Assembly: GCA_044341565.1 (NCBI GenBank)
Contig: JBIIRM010000005.1
Span: forward strand, 882 to 64,881
From: Minisyncoccia bacterium
Lineage (GTDB): Bacteria > Patescibacteriota > Minisyncoccia > SW-4-49-11
Direction of reading: 5' to 3'
DNA length: 64,000 bases
Shown here: in pieces, positions 9,633-18,762 of the stretch
Numbering within the stretch: position 1 is the stretch's first letter
How the letters are laid out: the number at the start of each line of letters is the position of its first letter
The notes under the pieces: generated by a model
The model's database searches: none
Seen by the model: only the letters and a program-made list of their open reading frames with translations
Told to the model about the DNA's origin: nothing
Program-made: the position numbers and the translations under genes

Positions 9633-9662
9633 AAAAAAGCTCCGATTACTCGGAGCTTTTTT
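9633..9662. terminator. Bidirectional rho-independent terminator
   Basis: aaaaagctccg-attact-cggagctttttt, between the convergent heliorhodopsin(+) and RRM protein(-) genes. Confidence 0.7.
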
Positions 9663-9674
9663 AATATCGAGGAC

Positions 9675-9926
9675 TTATTCTCGAGGCTTAGCAGGTTGAA
9701 TAGAGATTTCTCTTTCTAGAAGAGATGCTCCATCTAACTGTTGAATTGCTTTTTCAGCTTCTTCTTCTGTGGCAAATTCGACGAAACCGTAACCTTTGCT
9801 ACGTCCCTCTTCTTTGTCAAAGATGATTTTTGCTGAGACTACAGTCCCAACAGTCTCAAAAAGAGATTGTAAGTCCTGGTTTGTTGCTTTGTACGCAATA
9901 TTTCGTACAAATAGATTCTTGCTCAT
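9675..9926 (-). CDS. RNA-binding protein, single RRM domain
   Basis: RNP-2 (LFVRNI) and RNP-1 (KGYGFVEF) motifs in an 83-aa protein. Confidence 0.85.
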   Translation of the reverse strand: MSKNLFVRNIAYKATNQDLQSLFETVGTVVSAKIIFDKEEGRSKGYGFVEFATEEEAEKAIQQLDGASLLEREISIQPAKPRE

Positions 9927-10067
9927 AATTTACATTGTTGAAGAAAGATTGCTCTTTCTTGCTAATACTTTATCTCCTGTCGACCTGCCTAAGCCCAGGA
10001 TTAATATCAATATACCATATATGTCAAAATTTGTACAATATTATCCACAATTTAGAGAGTAATATAC

Positions 10068-11012
10068 TTATCCTACCAAGATATCTTGTAAATCTGAAAC
10101 TAAATCAAGAGCCTCTACTTTTGGTCTTTGGAAAGCATTTCTTCCCATAATAGTTCCAAAAGCTCCTCCTTCGCGAATAGCTTTTATCTCATCTTCTAAA
10201 GTTTCAGCATTGGTAAAATCTCCACCTGAATGTATAACAATACGATGTCCATTATAGGCAGCCTTCATAACAAGAGCTATTCTATTTTTGAGAGTTTTAG
10301 TATTAAGATTATCATAAATACCAAGTTTTTTATTAGATTCAAGTCCATATCCCTCAAGTGGAAGCTTTACCTTGATAATATGAGCCCCCAAACTAGCTCC
10401 AAGTGCTACAGCATAAGCAATAATATCTACTGCCCTCTCTTGTCCTTTAATCAATCCCTCTCCTCGAGGATATATCCATAATACGGTAATGAGTCCGGCT
10501 TTTCGGGCATCAACTATTAATTCTTTCGCTTGTTGTTCTATTTGATTACTATGTATTGATCCTGGATAAAGGGTAAACCCTACTGCCTCACATCCTAGTC
10601 TCACAGCATCTCCCACCCAAGAATGAATTGAGGGGCGGGGATTTTTCTCATCTGGTATCATTAAATTATGAGAATTTACTTTGAGAATAGTAGGTACATT
10701 ATGCCGAGCCAATACTTCAAAACCTCGCTCGAGGGAACCCAATGGAGCTGCAAAAGCATTAAATCCCCCATCTACAGCAAATTGTGCTTGCTCTAATGGG
10801 TCATACATAATAGGATTAGGTTCAAAGGCTCTTCCTGGTCCATGTTCAAGGATTTGATCAATAGGAAGTATCATCAATTTACCCGTACCTCCAATTCTTC
10901 CGTGATTCAGGATACGTAATAGATTTTTTTGTTGAGCTGGGGTATTAGTGCTACGATACCAAGAAATAATTTCCTCCATACGAGCTTTATGTTTTGGTTT
11001 TGTGGAAGGCAT
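10068..11012 (-). CDS. Class I fructose-bisphosphate aldolase, DhnA/FbaB (archaeal-type) family
   Basis: About 310 aa in a TIM-barrel aldolase layout, with ILPIDQ...HG and the Schiff-base lysine block IIKVKLP characteristic of the DhnA-type class I FBA / ADH synthase family. Confidence 0.65.
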   Translation of the reverse strand: MPSTKPKHKARMEEIISWYRSTNTPAQQKNLLRILNHGRIGGTGKLMILPIDQILEHGPGRAFEPNPIMYDPLEQAQFAVDGGFNAFAAPLGSLERGFEVLARHNVPTILKVNSHNLMIPDEKNPRPSIHSWVGDAVRLGCEAVGFTLYPGSIHSNQIEQQAKELIVDARKAGLITVLWIYPRGEGLIKGQERAVDIIAYAVALGASLGAHIIKVKLPLEGYGLESNKKLGIYDNLNTKTLKNRIALVMKAAYNGHRIVIHSGGDFTNAETLEDEIKAIREGGAFGTIMGRNAFQRPKVEALDLVSDLQDILVG

Positions 11013-11022
11013 AAAAATAGTT

Positions 11023-11709
11023 TTAGATATGTTCTTTTGATATTACATTATTTTCACTATCTAAATTATATACCAAAATATCTCCAATAGCAAACTCTAC
11101 CCCCTCAATTTCATTATCGGATAAATGGTCGAGATATTTTAATATAACTCTCAAAGTATTACCATGTAGGGATAATATGATTCGCTCATTATCTTGTAAT
11201 GCTGAAATAATATGTCCCTCCAAATAAGGGATTACTCGCTTATAGGCATCATCAAGGCTTTCTGTGCGGGGCAATAATTCTTTAGAGATAGAAATATATT
11301 TAGGATCAAAATAGGCATTACGAGGATCATCTAATTCCAATTCTGCTGGTCTAGTACAATATCCTCGACGATAATTATGTAATTGCTCCCAAGATAATTC
11401 ATCCAAAATATCTACCTTTGATTTACCTTGTAATTTTCCATAATGCCTTTCATTAAGACGCCAGTCTCGAGTTGTTGGGATATTAGTCTGCCCCATTTCC
11501 TCTAAAATAATATCCAATGTTATGATAGCCCGCTTCAAAACAGAGGTGTATGCTCTATTGAATACCAATCCTTTGGTCTTAAGTTTTTGTCCCATTAATC
11601 GAGCCTCCTCCACACCCTGAAGAGTTAAATCAACATCTGTCCAACCTGAGAATAAATTTTGTTTATTCCATAAGCTTTGTCCATGCCTTATTAATACTAA
11701 TTTCTTCAT
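11023..11709 (-). CDS. gpmA: 2,3-bisphosphoglycerate-dependent phosphoglycerate mutase
   Basis: LVLIRHGQSLWNKQNLFSGWTDVDL signature. The likely start is MKKLVLI at 11709 (the track ORF extends to 11742). Its start overlaps the xth stop by 1 nt (TAATG). Confidence 0.85.
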   Translation of the reverse strand: MKKLVLIRHGQSLWNKQNLFSGWTDVDLTLQGVEEARLMGQKLKTKGLVFNRAYTSVLKRAIITLDIILEEMGQTNIPTTRDWRLNERHYGKLQGKSKVDILDELSWEQLHNYRRGYCTRPAELELDDPRNAYFDPKYISISKELLPRTESLDDAYKRVIPYLEGHIISALQDNERIILSLHGNTLRVILKYLDHLSDNEIEGVEFAIGDILVYNLDSENNVISKEHI

Positions 11710-12485
11710 TATTCTATATCTAATTCTAGTACTACTGGACAATGATCAGAACCATATACATCAGATAATATATAGGCGTCTTTTACTTTGTCTTTTAATA
11801 ATTCACTCACAAAAAAATAATCTATTCTCCACCCTACATTGCGGTCTCGAGCTCTAGTCTTCATATCCCACCACGTATATAATTCTGGCTTATCTGTTTT
11901 GAGCCTCAGAGTATCTGCGAACCCATATTCTTGAGTTAAGGTATCAAGCCAAGCTCGCTCTTCTGGTAGGAATCCTGAGGTTTTGAGATTGTCTTTTGGG
12001 CGAGCCAAATCTATTTCGGTATGAGCAGTATTCACGTCTCCCGTAATAATAATTTGCTTTGTGTGATAATCTATTCCTTTCAAGTATTGTAATAAAGCCT
12101 CATAGAATTTGAGTTTATAGCCAAGCCTCTCAACTCCAGAACCACCATTAGGAAAATAAATATTTATCAAAATAAATTTCTCATAAGTTGCAATTTGAAT
12201 TCTCCCCTCTTGATCAAATATATCATCGAGCTGAAATCCTGTTTGTATAGATATTGGCTCGGTTTTGGAATAAATAGCCACCCCACTATATCCCTTACGA
12301 ATACCTGATTCAAAATAAGAATTATACCCTGGAATATACAAAATATCATCAGTTAATTGCTCTCGATGAGATTTGGTCTCTTGCATACACAGAATATCTG
12401 GCTGATATTTTTCTAAGAAGGGCTGGAATAATTCCTTTCTTTGCAATGCCCGCAACCCATTTACATTCCACGATATTAATTTCAT
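11709..12485 (-). CDS. xth: Exodeoxyribonuclease III (AP endonuclease)
   Basis: MKLISWNVNGLRA...DILCMQETK N-terminus and the C-terminal SDHCPV motif of the ExoIII/APE1 family. Confidence 0.9.
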   Translation of the reverse strand: MKLISWNVNGLRALQRKELFQPFLEKYQPDILCMQETKSHREQLTDDILYIPGYNSYFESGIRKGYSGVAIYSKTEPISIQTGFQLDDIFDQEGRIQIATYEKFILINIYFPNGGSGVERLGYKLKFYEALLQYLKGIDYHTKQIIITGDVNTAHTEIDLARPKDNLKTSGFLPEERAWLDTLTQEYGFADTLRLKTDKPELYTWWDMKTRARDRNVGWRIDYFFVSELLKDKVKDAYILSDVYGSDHCPVVLELDIE

Positions 12486-12540
12486 ATAATTTTATGACCT
12501 ATTGATACTATTGTATCATATAAATTAGATATTTAGAATG

Positions 12541-12596
12541 GGAGGGACGGAAGAGGATGTGCGTAAAGACAACCCTACAGTCGCCCAAAACTTTTA
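12541..12596. repeat. GC-rich element forming the left arm of an imperfect inverted repeat that flanks the RHH gene (partner at 13166..13219)
   Basis: gggagggacggaagagg ... cagtcgcccaaaactt is complementary to gggcgactg ... aagtttt ... ggaggctttcgtccctcc on the other side of the 12669..13097 gene. Confidence 0.4.
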
Positions 12597-12668
12597 TTCT
12601 TTGGTCACTAGCTATTGATAATATTAGAGAAATATGTTATATATCAAACGTTTCTATGGAGAATCATT

Positions 12669-13097
12669 ATGAATACTAACTTGGTAGAAATTACTCTTTT
12701 AATGAGACAATCTTTCTTTGAACTTCTAGAGCTTATTGAAGACAAGTATAAATTGACAAGGGCAGAAATAGTCCATATCTCTGTCGGTCTATATTCCAGG
12801 AATAGAATTGAATCAACAAAAAGAAATCGGTTAGCTTCAATAAGGCCTGATAATACTATTGTGAGAGTATATGAAGAAATTCCGAGTAATGACTTAACCG
12901 AATTAACTGAAATTATACTTTATGTACATCAATCTCTTGATAGTGCGCTACAAATACTTGCATATAGTGATAGAAAGACAAGGGCAGAAATAGTCCATGA
13001 ATCTGTACATCTATACGAAAAATATATGGCTGACTTAGCAAAAGGATATAGATTAGCTTCAATAAGGCCTGATAATTCTATTGAAACAATCTATTAA
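12669..13097 (+). CDS. Tandem-duplicated ribbon-helix-helix (RHH, Arc/MetJ/CopG-like) DNA-binding protein (single-chain dimer)
   Basis: Two ~60-aa repeats, each a beta-strand (LVEITLLM / LTEIILYV) followed by two helices ending in (L/K)TRAEIVH(I/E)SV.LY, then a repeated RLASIRPDN(T/S)I tail. The DNA shows an internal 33-nt near-identical repeat (12833..12868 and 13053..13088). The start is taken at MNTNLV (12669) rather than the track ORF start at 12615. Confidence 0.5.
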   Translation: MNTNLVEITLLMRQSFFELLELIEDKYKLTRAEIVHISVGLYSRNRIESTKRNRLASIRPDNTIVRVYEEIPSNDLTELTEIILYVHQSLDSALQILAYSDRKTRAEIVHESVHLYEKYMADLAKGYRLASIRPDNSIETIY

Positions 13098-13107
13098 GAT
13101 GCATACC

Positions 13108-13139
13108 CCCTCGTCTCCGGACGAGGGCTTTTTCTTTTT
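13108..13139 (+). terminator. Rho-independent terminator after the RHH gene
   Basis: ccctcgtc-tccg-gacgaggg: an 8-bp GC stem followed by ctttttcttttt. Confidence 0.7.
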
Positions 13140-13216
13140 CATAAAATCTATTTTTGTTATAAACTCAAATACTATGGGCGACTGAGAGGTCGTGAAGTTT
13201 TGTCTCCCTTTGGAGG
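13129..13216 (+). repeat. Repeat family R1, copy a (second copy at 14481..14569)
   Basis: A shared 30-mer tttttctttttcataaaatctatttttgtt, then actgagaggt[c/g]gtg[a/g]agttttgtctccctttggagg, about 85% identical between the copies. Each copy is followed by distinct GC-rich hairpins. Confidence 0.6.
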
Positions 13217-13295
13217 CTTTCGTCCCTCCTATATTTATTTAGGCGGGGGAGTCCCCGTAGGGGGAGGGTGGATTTGTTTTTAACATATTAAATAA

Positions 13296-13420
13296 TTAAA
13301 ACTCTATCCACCTCCGACCTGACGGCCACCTCCTCCAAAGGAGGACATGATAGAATTAGAACCCTCCGCTACAAAAACAATGTTGGCGGGGTGTCGCCAA
13401 ATCTACGAATGTTATACTAA
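13296..13420 (+). repeat. Repeat family R2, copy 1 (structured leader-like element upstream of a small membrane-protein gene)
   Basis: ttaaaactctatccacc + hairpin tcctcc-aaa-ggagga + cattagaacc.tcc.ctacaaaa + hairpin ggcg-gggtgt-cgcc. Copy 2 at 13892..14030 carries compensatory substitutions in both hairpins (ccccctccgaaggggg, tcggcgggggcgccga). Confidence 0.55.
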
Positions 13421-13466
13421 AAAATCAATTTATGGTATAATCATTGTAGATAATAACTATAAAAGT

Positions 13467-13883
13467 ATGGAATTAAATAAATGGACTTTTTGGTGGATAT
13501 TATTAGTATATTTTGTTGTATCTCTTATTTTATTTATATCAACTTCTACTGGATTGAATCAGTTAGGTTGGCTTTTAATCCCTGGACTTATATATGCTAT
13601 AATTTTGCCAGTAGTATTACTAATAAATGTAAATATTGTTACAAAGGCAATAAAAATATCATGGGTATCTTTAATGCTTTTGTTAATAATTCAATCTATT
13701 ACACTGATTGCAAATTTAATTTATGATAGGTTACTCGAGACTAATGGTTTGGAGTATTGTCAAGGTAGTGAAATTTGTTCTAAGACATATTTACTTGAAA
13801 TATCTATTTGGATATATATTTTAGTATTGATTGCATTTATTATTCAAGTTTATTATAGTGGTTTTAAGAAAGTTTCTGAATAG
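13467..13883 (+). CDS. Small multi-TM membrane protein (hypothetical)
   Basis: MELNKWTFWWILLVYFVV...; 139 aa with four hydrophobic helices. The track ORF starts at 13347 but that extension runs through the conserved non-coding R2 element, so the ATG at 13467 is preferred. Confidence 0.4.
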   Translation: MELNKWTFWWILLVYFVVSLILFISTSTGLNQLGWLLIPGLIYAIILPVVLLINVNIVTKAIKISWVSLMLLLIIQSITLIANLIYDRLLETNGLEYCQGSEICSKTYLLEISIWIYILVLIAFIIQVYYSGFKKVSE

Positions 13884-13891
13884 AAATCTAT

Positions 13892-14030
13892 TTAAAACTC
13901 TATATCCACCCCCGCCTTTCAGGCTTCCCCCTCCGAAGGGGGACAGAATAACATTAGAACCATCCACTACAAAATAAATTTCGGCGGGGGCGCCGACTCT
14001 ACAAAATATTTGTTTCTGAATAAATTTATG
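13892..14030 (+). repeat. Repeat family R2, copy 2
   Basis: See copy 1. It occupies the same position relative to the downstream gene 14065..14367 and includes a TATAAT-like box close to the ATG. Confidence 0.55.
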
Positions 14031-14064
14031 CTATGATTATTTTGGATAATAGTTATAATTCTAT

Positions 14065-14367
14065 ATGATAAAAAACAATTTCAGAGTTTTCTTTGTATTA
14101 GTTATAGTATCTTTATTACCTATAATATTTAACTGGATAATTGTATGTATGTTACTTTTAATTCTTGATAGTTTTTATAATGAATATGTAACTTTTTTGG
14201 GATTAAATAGTCCAAATAAGAAAACCCTAAAATTTATCATGACTTGGGGAATGTCAATTTTAGTACCTTTATTTGCACTATTTATACAGACTTATCTAGA
14301 ATTTGAGCCTATAGTTAGATTGTGTTCATTAGGTTGGTGTGGACTACCATCTTGGGTTAATATATAA
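14065..14367 (+). CDS. Small multi-TM membrane protein (hypothetical)
   Basis: 100 aa and hydrophobic; preceded by R2 copy 2. Confidence 0.4.
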   Translation: MIKNNFRVFFVLVIVSLLPIIFNWIIVCMLLLILDSFYNEYVTFLGLNSPNKKTLKFIMTWGMSILVPLFALFIQTYLEFEPIVRLCSLGWCGLPSWVNI

Positions 14368-14425
14368 CATAATCTTGATAAGGTCGATACCTAGATAATT
14401 AAGTAATCTATATTTCAATTAAAAA

Positions 14426-14569
14426 TTAAAGCTCTATCCACCCCACTGGTTCACCTCCCCAACCCTTGGTCACTCAGGATTTTTTCTTTTTCATAAAATC
14501 TATTTTTGTTGTAAAACCCAACCACTACGAGCAACTGAGAGGTGGTGGAGTTTTGTCTCCCTTTGGAGG
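14426..14569 (+). repeat. R2 partial copy 3 (14426..14442) fused to R1 copy b (14481..14569)
   Basis: ttaaagctctatccacc followed by the R1 30-mer and the actgagagg...ctccctttggagg block. More GC hairpins (ccctcaagagggg, cctgacgg) follow up to the hisS stop. Confidence 0.55.
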
Positions 14570-14640
14570 GAGGGTGTGGACTGAGCTTAGATTCCCCTCA
14601 AGAGGGGTGTCAGGCTTACCTGACGGGGTGGAGGTAATTT

Positions 14641-15957
14641 TTACTCAATCTCCCCCAAATCCTCAAGCAATATAATTTCCTGCTCTCCTGATTTCATATT
14701 TTTGACCAATACTTCACCTGTCTTTGTCTCATCAGCTCCGAAGATTATAGCTTTAGTATAGCCTTTGCGATTAGCATATTGCAAAGCTTTTTTGAAATTG
14801 GTGATTTCTGGATATAGGTCAAAGGCTATTCCCTGTTCATCTCGGAGGGCAATAATTGACTTGATATCATCCTCCACAGTATCCTCATTTAATAAGAATA
14901 CTCCTATTTTGGTATTATCTCCATATTGAATTTCTTTGAACCAATCTTGTTCTCTCAAAATTCCAAATAGACGACTTACTCCAATAGAAGCCCCAAATCC
15001 GGTAATAGGTGTATCAATATAATGTGACACAAGATTATCATATCGCCCTCCTGAACAAATACTTCCGAAAGACTCTAACCCCTCAAGGAAACTCTCGAAT
15101 ACTGTTCCCGTATAATAATCCTGCCCTCTTACTATAGAGATGTCTATAACATAGCTTTTAACGTGAAATAACTCTAAATATTTAACAAATTCTTCAAGCT
15201 CTTGTACTCCTTCTGAAAAAAGAGATCCTGGTTTATTACACTGATTTTCTTTTAGTCTATTAATCACATCTTGATTAGTTCCTCCCCTATTTATGACTGG
15301 TGCTGCTGGTAAAATTGAAAGTATAGCTACTGTTTGTTCATGATTTAATACAATTTCTCTTAATGTTCTTGACCACTCTTTATAGGGAAGTTTAGAAATT
15401 TTATCTAAATGCCGAAGCACGGCTGATTTATTTTCAACCTTATATTCTTCCAATAATCCCGCAAGAATTTTACGATTACTGATTTTAAATGTAATAGCTG
15501 GTAATTCTAATATATCAACAGTATTCTGAATTACTGATAATATCTCAGCCTCAGCCAATCTACTATTATTACCCAATATATCAATATCAGCCTGATATAA
15601 TTCTCTATATCGACCCTTTTGTGGTTTTTCAGCTCGCCAGGATTTGCCAATTTGATATATTTTTGCGGGTAATACCATATTACGATTATGCTCAGCTATG
15701 TAGCGAGCTAATGGTACAGTCAAATCAAAGCGTAAACTCAAATCCCTATCTCCTTTTTGAAAACGATATATTTCTTTATCTAATTCTCCCCCAGCCTTAG
15801 CGAGAATAACCTCCGAATATCCAATAGAAGCAGTCTCTATAGGGGTGAATCCCGCATGTTCATATTCTTCTCGAATAGTATCTAATATATGATTAAATTT
15901 CACCTGCTCTTCAGGAGTATATTCAATAAATCCAGATGGTAATTGGAATTTTGGCAT
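14641..15957 (-). CDS. hisS: Histidine--tRNA ligase
   Basis: Class II aaRS motifs plus the HisRS-specific N-terminal block (FQLPSGFIEYTPEE...ETASIGYSEVILAKAGGELDKEIYRFQ) and a C-terminal anticodon-binding domain. Confidence 0.9.
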   Translation of the reverse strand: MPKFQLPSGFIEYTPEEQVKFNHILDTIREEYEHAGFTPIETASIGYSEVILAKAGGELDKEIYRFQKGDRDLSLRFDLTVPLARYIAEHNRNMVLPAKIYQIGKSWRAEKPQKGRYRELYQADIDILGNNSRLAEAEILSVIQNTVDILELPAITFKISNRKILAGLLEEYKVENKSAVLRHLDKISKLPYKEWSRTLREIVLNHEQTVAILSILPAAPVINRGGTNQDVINRLKENQCNKPGSLFSEGVQELEEFVKYLELFHVKSYVIDISIVRGQDYYTGTVFESFLEGLESFGSICSGGRYDNLVSHYIDTPITGFGASIGVSRLFGILREQDWFKEIQYGDNTKIGVFLLNEDTVEDDIKSIIALRDEQGIAFDLYPEITNFKKALQYANRKGYTKAIIFGADETKTGEVLVKNMKSGEQEIILLEDLGEIE

Positions 15958-15968
15958 AATGCATTACT

Positions 15969-16424
15969 CTAAGACAATACTTCTAATACTTGCTCGGCAT
16001 GCTTCAAAGGATTAACCTTTTTAAAATGTTGTATAAGCTTACCATCCTCATCGATAAGGAATGTATCTCGCTGTATACCCATATATTTTTTCCCAAACAT
16101 TGACTTCTCTTTCCAAACTCCATATTCCTCTACTACTTTTTTATCTGTATCGGCTAAAAGAGGGAAGTTGAGATTATGTTTTTCTACGAATTTCTTATGG
16201 GACTTTACATCATCAACACTTACTCCGAGCACCACAATCCCCTTTGCTTCAAGATCATTCATAGAATCACGCATACCCTCTGCCTGAACCGTGCATCCAG
16301 GAGTCATATCTTTTGGATAAAAGTATAATACTACCTTTTTACCCCGATATTGTGACAACGTATGAGACTTCCCATCTTGATCTTGTAGCGTAAAATCTGG
16401 TGCTAATTCTCCAACTGTAGGCAT
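15969..16424 (-). CDS. bcp: Thioredoxin-dependent thiol peroxidase (peroxiredoxin Bcp)
   Basis: YFYPKDMTPGCT peroxidatic-Cys motif. Confidence 0.9.
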   Translation of the reverse strand: MPTVGELAPDFTLQDQDGKSHTLSQYRGKKVVLYFYPKDMTPGCTVQAEGMRDSMNDLEAKGIVVLGVSVDDVKSHKKFVEKHNLNFPLLADTDKKVVEEYGVWKEKSMFGKKYMGIQRDTFLIDEDGKLIQHFKKVNPLKHAEQVLEVLS

Positions 16425-16478
16425 ATATATATTCTTAAACTATTATATATACTAGCATATTATTAGTATCAATACAAT

Positions 16479-17588
16479 CTAAAAAGCCGAGGTAGGTGGA
16501 GTGAAATTTGCTGTATAACGAGCAATACCTTTTGTAATTCTCAATTCATCAATATAGATACCAGCAGGAGCTGACCACCCCGTTCCAGACCAAGGACTCA
16601 ATCCAATCAGTAAAGGATCAGTAGTTATAACCGTAGGAGTTGCATTAACAGTTGTTTGCAAGATACCATTTAAATAGAATCTATGTGTATCACCTGATCT
16701 ACAGATAGCTACATGATACCACGTATTAGGTGACGGGGTAGGCTGTCCTACATCAGCCCCCGTAAATGTAGTCCCCGATGAGTTGGTAGGATAATATCTC
16801 AGATCGTTCCCACCGTAGTACATAAGTGCAAACTCTGTGTTAATATAGGGATTACCCTTGGTAACAACCATCCCCCCAGAAGATCCAGTTGTCAGGTACA
16901 TAAATAGCTCAATTGTATAATCAACATTTCCAATTTGTAGCGCTGTACTACTTGGTATGGATAAATAGGAATTACTATTTGGAATATATCCACTAGCCCC
17001 ACCAAATCTACTTTGGGTCGTACTAGTTTGCATACCATTAAATGCTGTAGATATATGTGCATTATTACTTCTATCAGTAAAGGTTGTACCTCCATTTGCC
17101 CCATCAAAATTAAATAGCAAAGAAACATTCTCAAAATAAGGATCACTTGGTCCTGTACTGGTTACAACATTCCCCCCACTTCCACTTATTGCTATTGTTG
17201 ATCCTAATTCTGCTTCTGATGCTCTTACTCTTACTCTACTATCTACTATTCCTATCTTATAACTTATTCCACTTGGATCTTCTGGTATACCTGCTACATA
17301 ATCTGGTACCAATACTCCTAGATTTACACATCCTGTCGTATTATTATTTATACATATATCTTGCTCTGTCTCTGTTATACCTACTGGATATCCTTGATTA
17401 TCTATTAGATATTGTTCTAATGCTTTATATAGCGTATTTACTTCTGATCTTCTCTCTGCATTCCTTGCTTGGGCTAATTGTTTATTTGGGTTTATGGCTA
17501 TCAATACTATTGCTGCCAATATCCCTATTGCAGCTATTACCAGAAGTACCTCTAATAATGTAAAACCTTTTTGTTTTTCTCCTCTCAT
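16479..17588 (-). CDS. Type IV pilin-like protein with C-terminal LamG/concanavalin-A-like lectin domain
   Basis: N-terminus KGFTLLEVLLVIAAIGILAAIVLIAINP (prepilin cleavage/methylation motif). The C-terminal ~200 aa has the LamG_3-like pattern (TFTDRSNNAHI...WYHVAICRSGDTHRFYLNG...IYIDELRITKG). The plus-strand ORF 17147..17563 is an antisense artifact. Confidence 0.75.
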   Translation of the reverse strand: MRGEKQKGFTLLEVLLVIAAIGILAAIVLIAINPNKQLAQARNAERRSEVNTLYKALEQYLIDNQGYPVGITETEQDICINNNTTGCVNLGVLVPDYVAGIPEDPSGISYKIGIVDSRVRVRASEAELGSTIAISGSGGNVVTSTGPSDPYFENVSLLFNFDGANGGTTFTDRSNNAHISTAFNGMQTSTTQSRFGGASGYIPNSNSYLSIPSSTALQIGNVDYTIELFMYLTTGSSGGMVVTKGNPYINTEFALMYYGGNDLRYYPTNSSGTTFTGADVGQPTPSPNTWYHVAICRSGDTHRFYLNGILQTTVNATPTVITTDPLLIGLSPWSGTGWSAPAGIYIDELRITKGIARYTANFTPPTSAF

Positions 17589-17619
17589 AAGAGTTGTTTT
17601 TATTTATAATTATATTTTT

Positions 17620-17652
17620 ATGATATCACAAAATTATTTTTTGTGATATCAT
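17620..17652. promoter_or_regulatory. Perfect 14-bp inverted repeat (atgatatcacaaaa-ttatt-ttttgtgatatcat) 32 nt upstream of the pilin-LamG start codon; candidate operator
   Basis: An exact palindrome in the pilin promoter region. The stem is AT-rich and is not followed by a T-run on the strand of the upstream gene, so an operator role is favoured over a terminator. Confidence 0.45.
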
Positions 17653-17655
17653 ATT

Positions 17656-18159
17656 TTATTTTATTAATTCTTTTTTACATCTTCGATAATCAGGACAATA
17701 TTGAGCAACAATATTCCAAAATCTCACAGAATGATTCATCTCTACCAAATGAGCAAGCTCATGTATTACCACATAATCCATCAATTCAGACTCCAGAAAC
17801 ATAAGCCGATAAGAAAAATTGAGATTACGCTTACTGGAACAACTACCCCAACGAGTAGTAGTATGCCGTATGCTCAAGCGATTATAGCTAAGCCCCATCA
17901 CCTCTGACCAATATACTACTCTAGCGGTAATAATAATTCTCGCCCTATCCCTATGTTCTTTGTAATGTTGCTCAGTATATATATTCTTAGGAATAGTGGC
18001 TAATTTTTCTCGTATCCAATCCCGCTTAGACTCTACAAATTGCTTGGCAATATATTGGGGCACTCTTGGGGGAATAGTGACAATAACTTCACGATTCGCA
18101 TTGATACGAATACTCACTCGTTTTGTTTTATTGGATTTTTTAATCGTATATGCTACCAT
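17656..18159 (-). CDS. YgjP/DUF45-family (SprT-like) zinc metallohydrolase
   Basis: HEXXH motif in DYVVIHELAHLVEMNHSVRFWNIV, and a WGSCS block upstream, as in DUF45/M48-like proteins. Confidence 0.75.
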   Translation of the reverse strand: MVAYTIKKSNKTKRVSIRINANREVIVTIPPRVPQYIAKQFVESKRDWIREKLATIPKNIYTEQHYKEHRDRARIIITARVVYWSEVMGLSYNRLSIRHTTTRWGSCSSKRNLNFSYRLMFLESELMDYVVIHELAHLVEMNHSVRFWNIVAQYCPDYRRCKKELIK

Positions 18160-18189
18160 ATATTTAGTATATCATGTATCTATATTCTT

Positions 18190-18714
18190 ATGAGTGAATC
18201 ATTTGAAAAAATGTTAACAGGTGGACACCCAAACTCACTGGGACGAACATTAGAGGTGGTAGAATTAATACTTCAAGATAAAAAAAGAGTAGCTGAATTA
18301 TTAGACACCTATTCATCATCAGATGAAGTAGTAAGACTGCGTATTTCTAATGCCCTAAAACGCATATGCAAAGAACATCCAGACTGGATATATCCATACA
18401 CCGATATATTACTCTCAAAAATTGCTAAAATTAATCAAGCATCCACCCAATGGACTTTAGCTACCCTATTTCGATTATTATCATCCTCCTTAACTACCGA
18501 TCAAAAAGACCTTGCCATACAACATCTCAAACATAATCTGGATACTCATAGTGATTGGATTGTAATCAATACCACTATGGAAACATTATTCACTTGGGGC
18601 AAAGATAATCCCCCATTAGCTGAATGGCTTATTCCAAGACTTAAAAAATTCCAACAAGATACCCATAAATCAATATCCGGAAGGGCAACTAAATACCTTA
18701 TAGCCTTATCTTGA
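18190..18714 (+). CDS. HEAT-repeat protein, possibly DNA alkylation repair (AlkD-like) family
   Basis: Helical repeat composition. Start taken at MSESFEKML (18190) to avoid the overlap with the minus-strand gene implied by the track ORF start at 18040. The product call is weak. Confidence 0.4.
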   Translation: MSESFEKMLTGGHPNSLGRTLEVVELILQDKKRVAELLDTYSSSDEVVRLRISNALKRICKEHPDWIYPYTDILLSKIAKINQASTQWTLATLFRLLSSSLTTDQKDLAIQHLKHNLDTHSDWIVINTTMETLFTWGKDNPPLAEWLIPRLKKFQQDTHKSISGRATKYLIALS

Positions 18715-18762
18715 CTATATCTCTCTTATTCGGTACAATATACAAGTACCTTGCAAATCTAA

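Noticed and set aside
13100-14640. Possible CRISPR array suggested by recurring short GC-rich repeats
   Set aside because: The repeats are of several different types, irregularly spaced, interrupted by protein-coding genes, and there are no cas genes. This is not CRISPR architecture.
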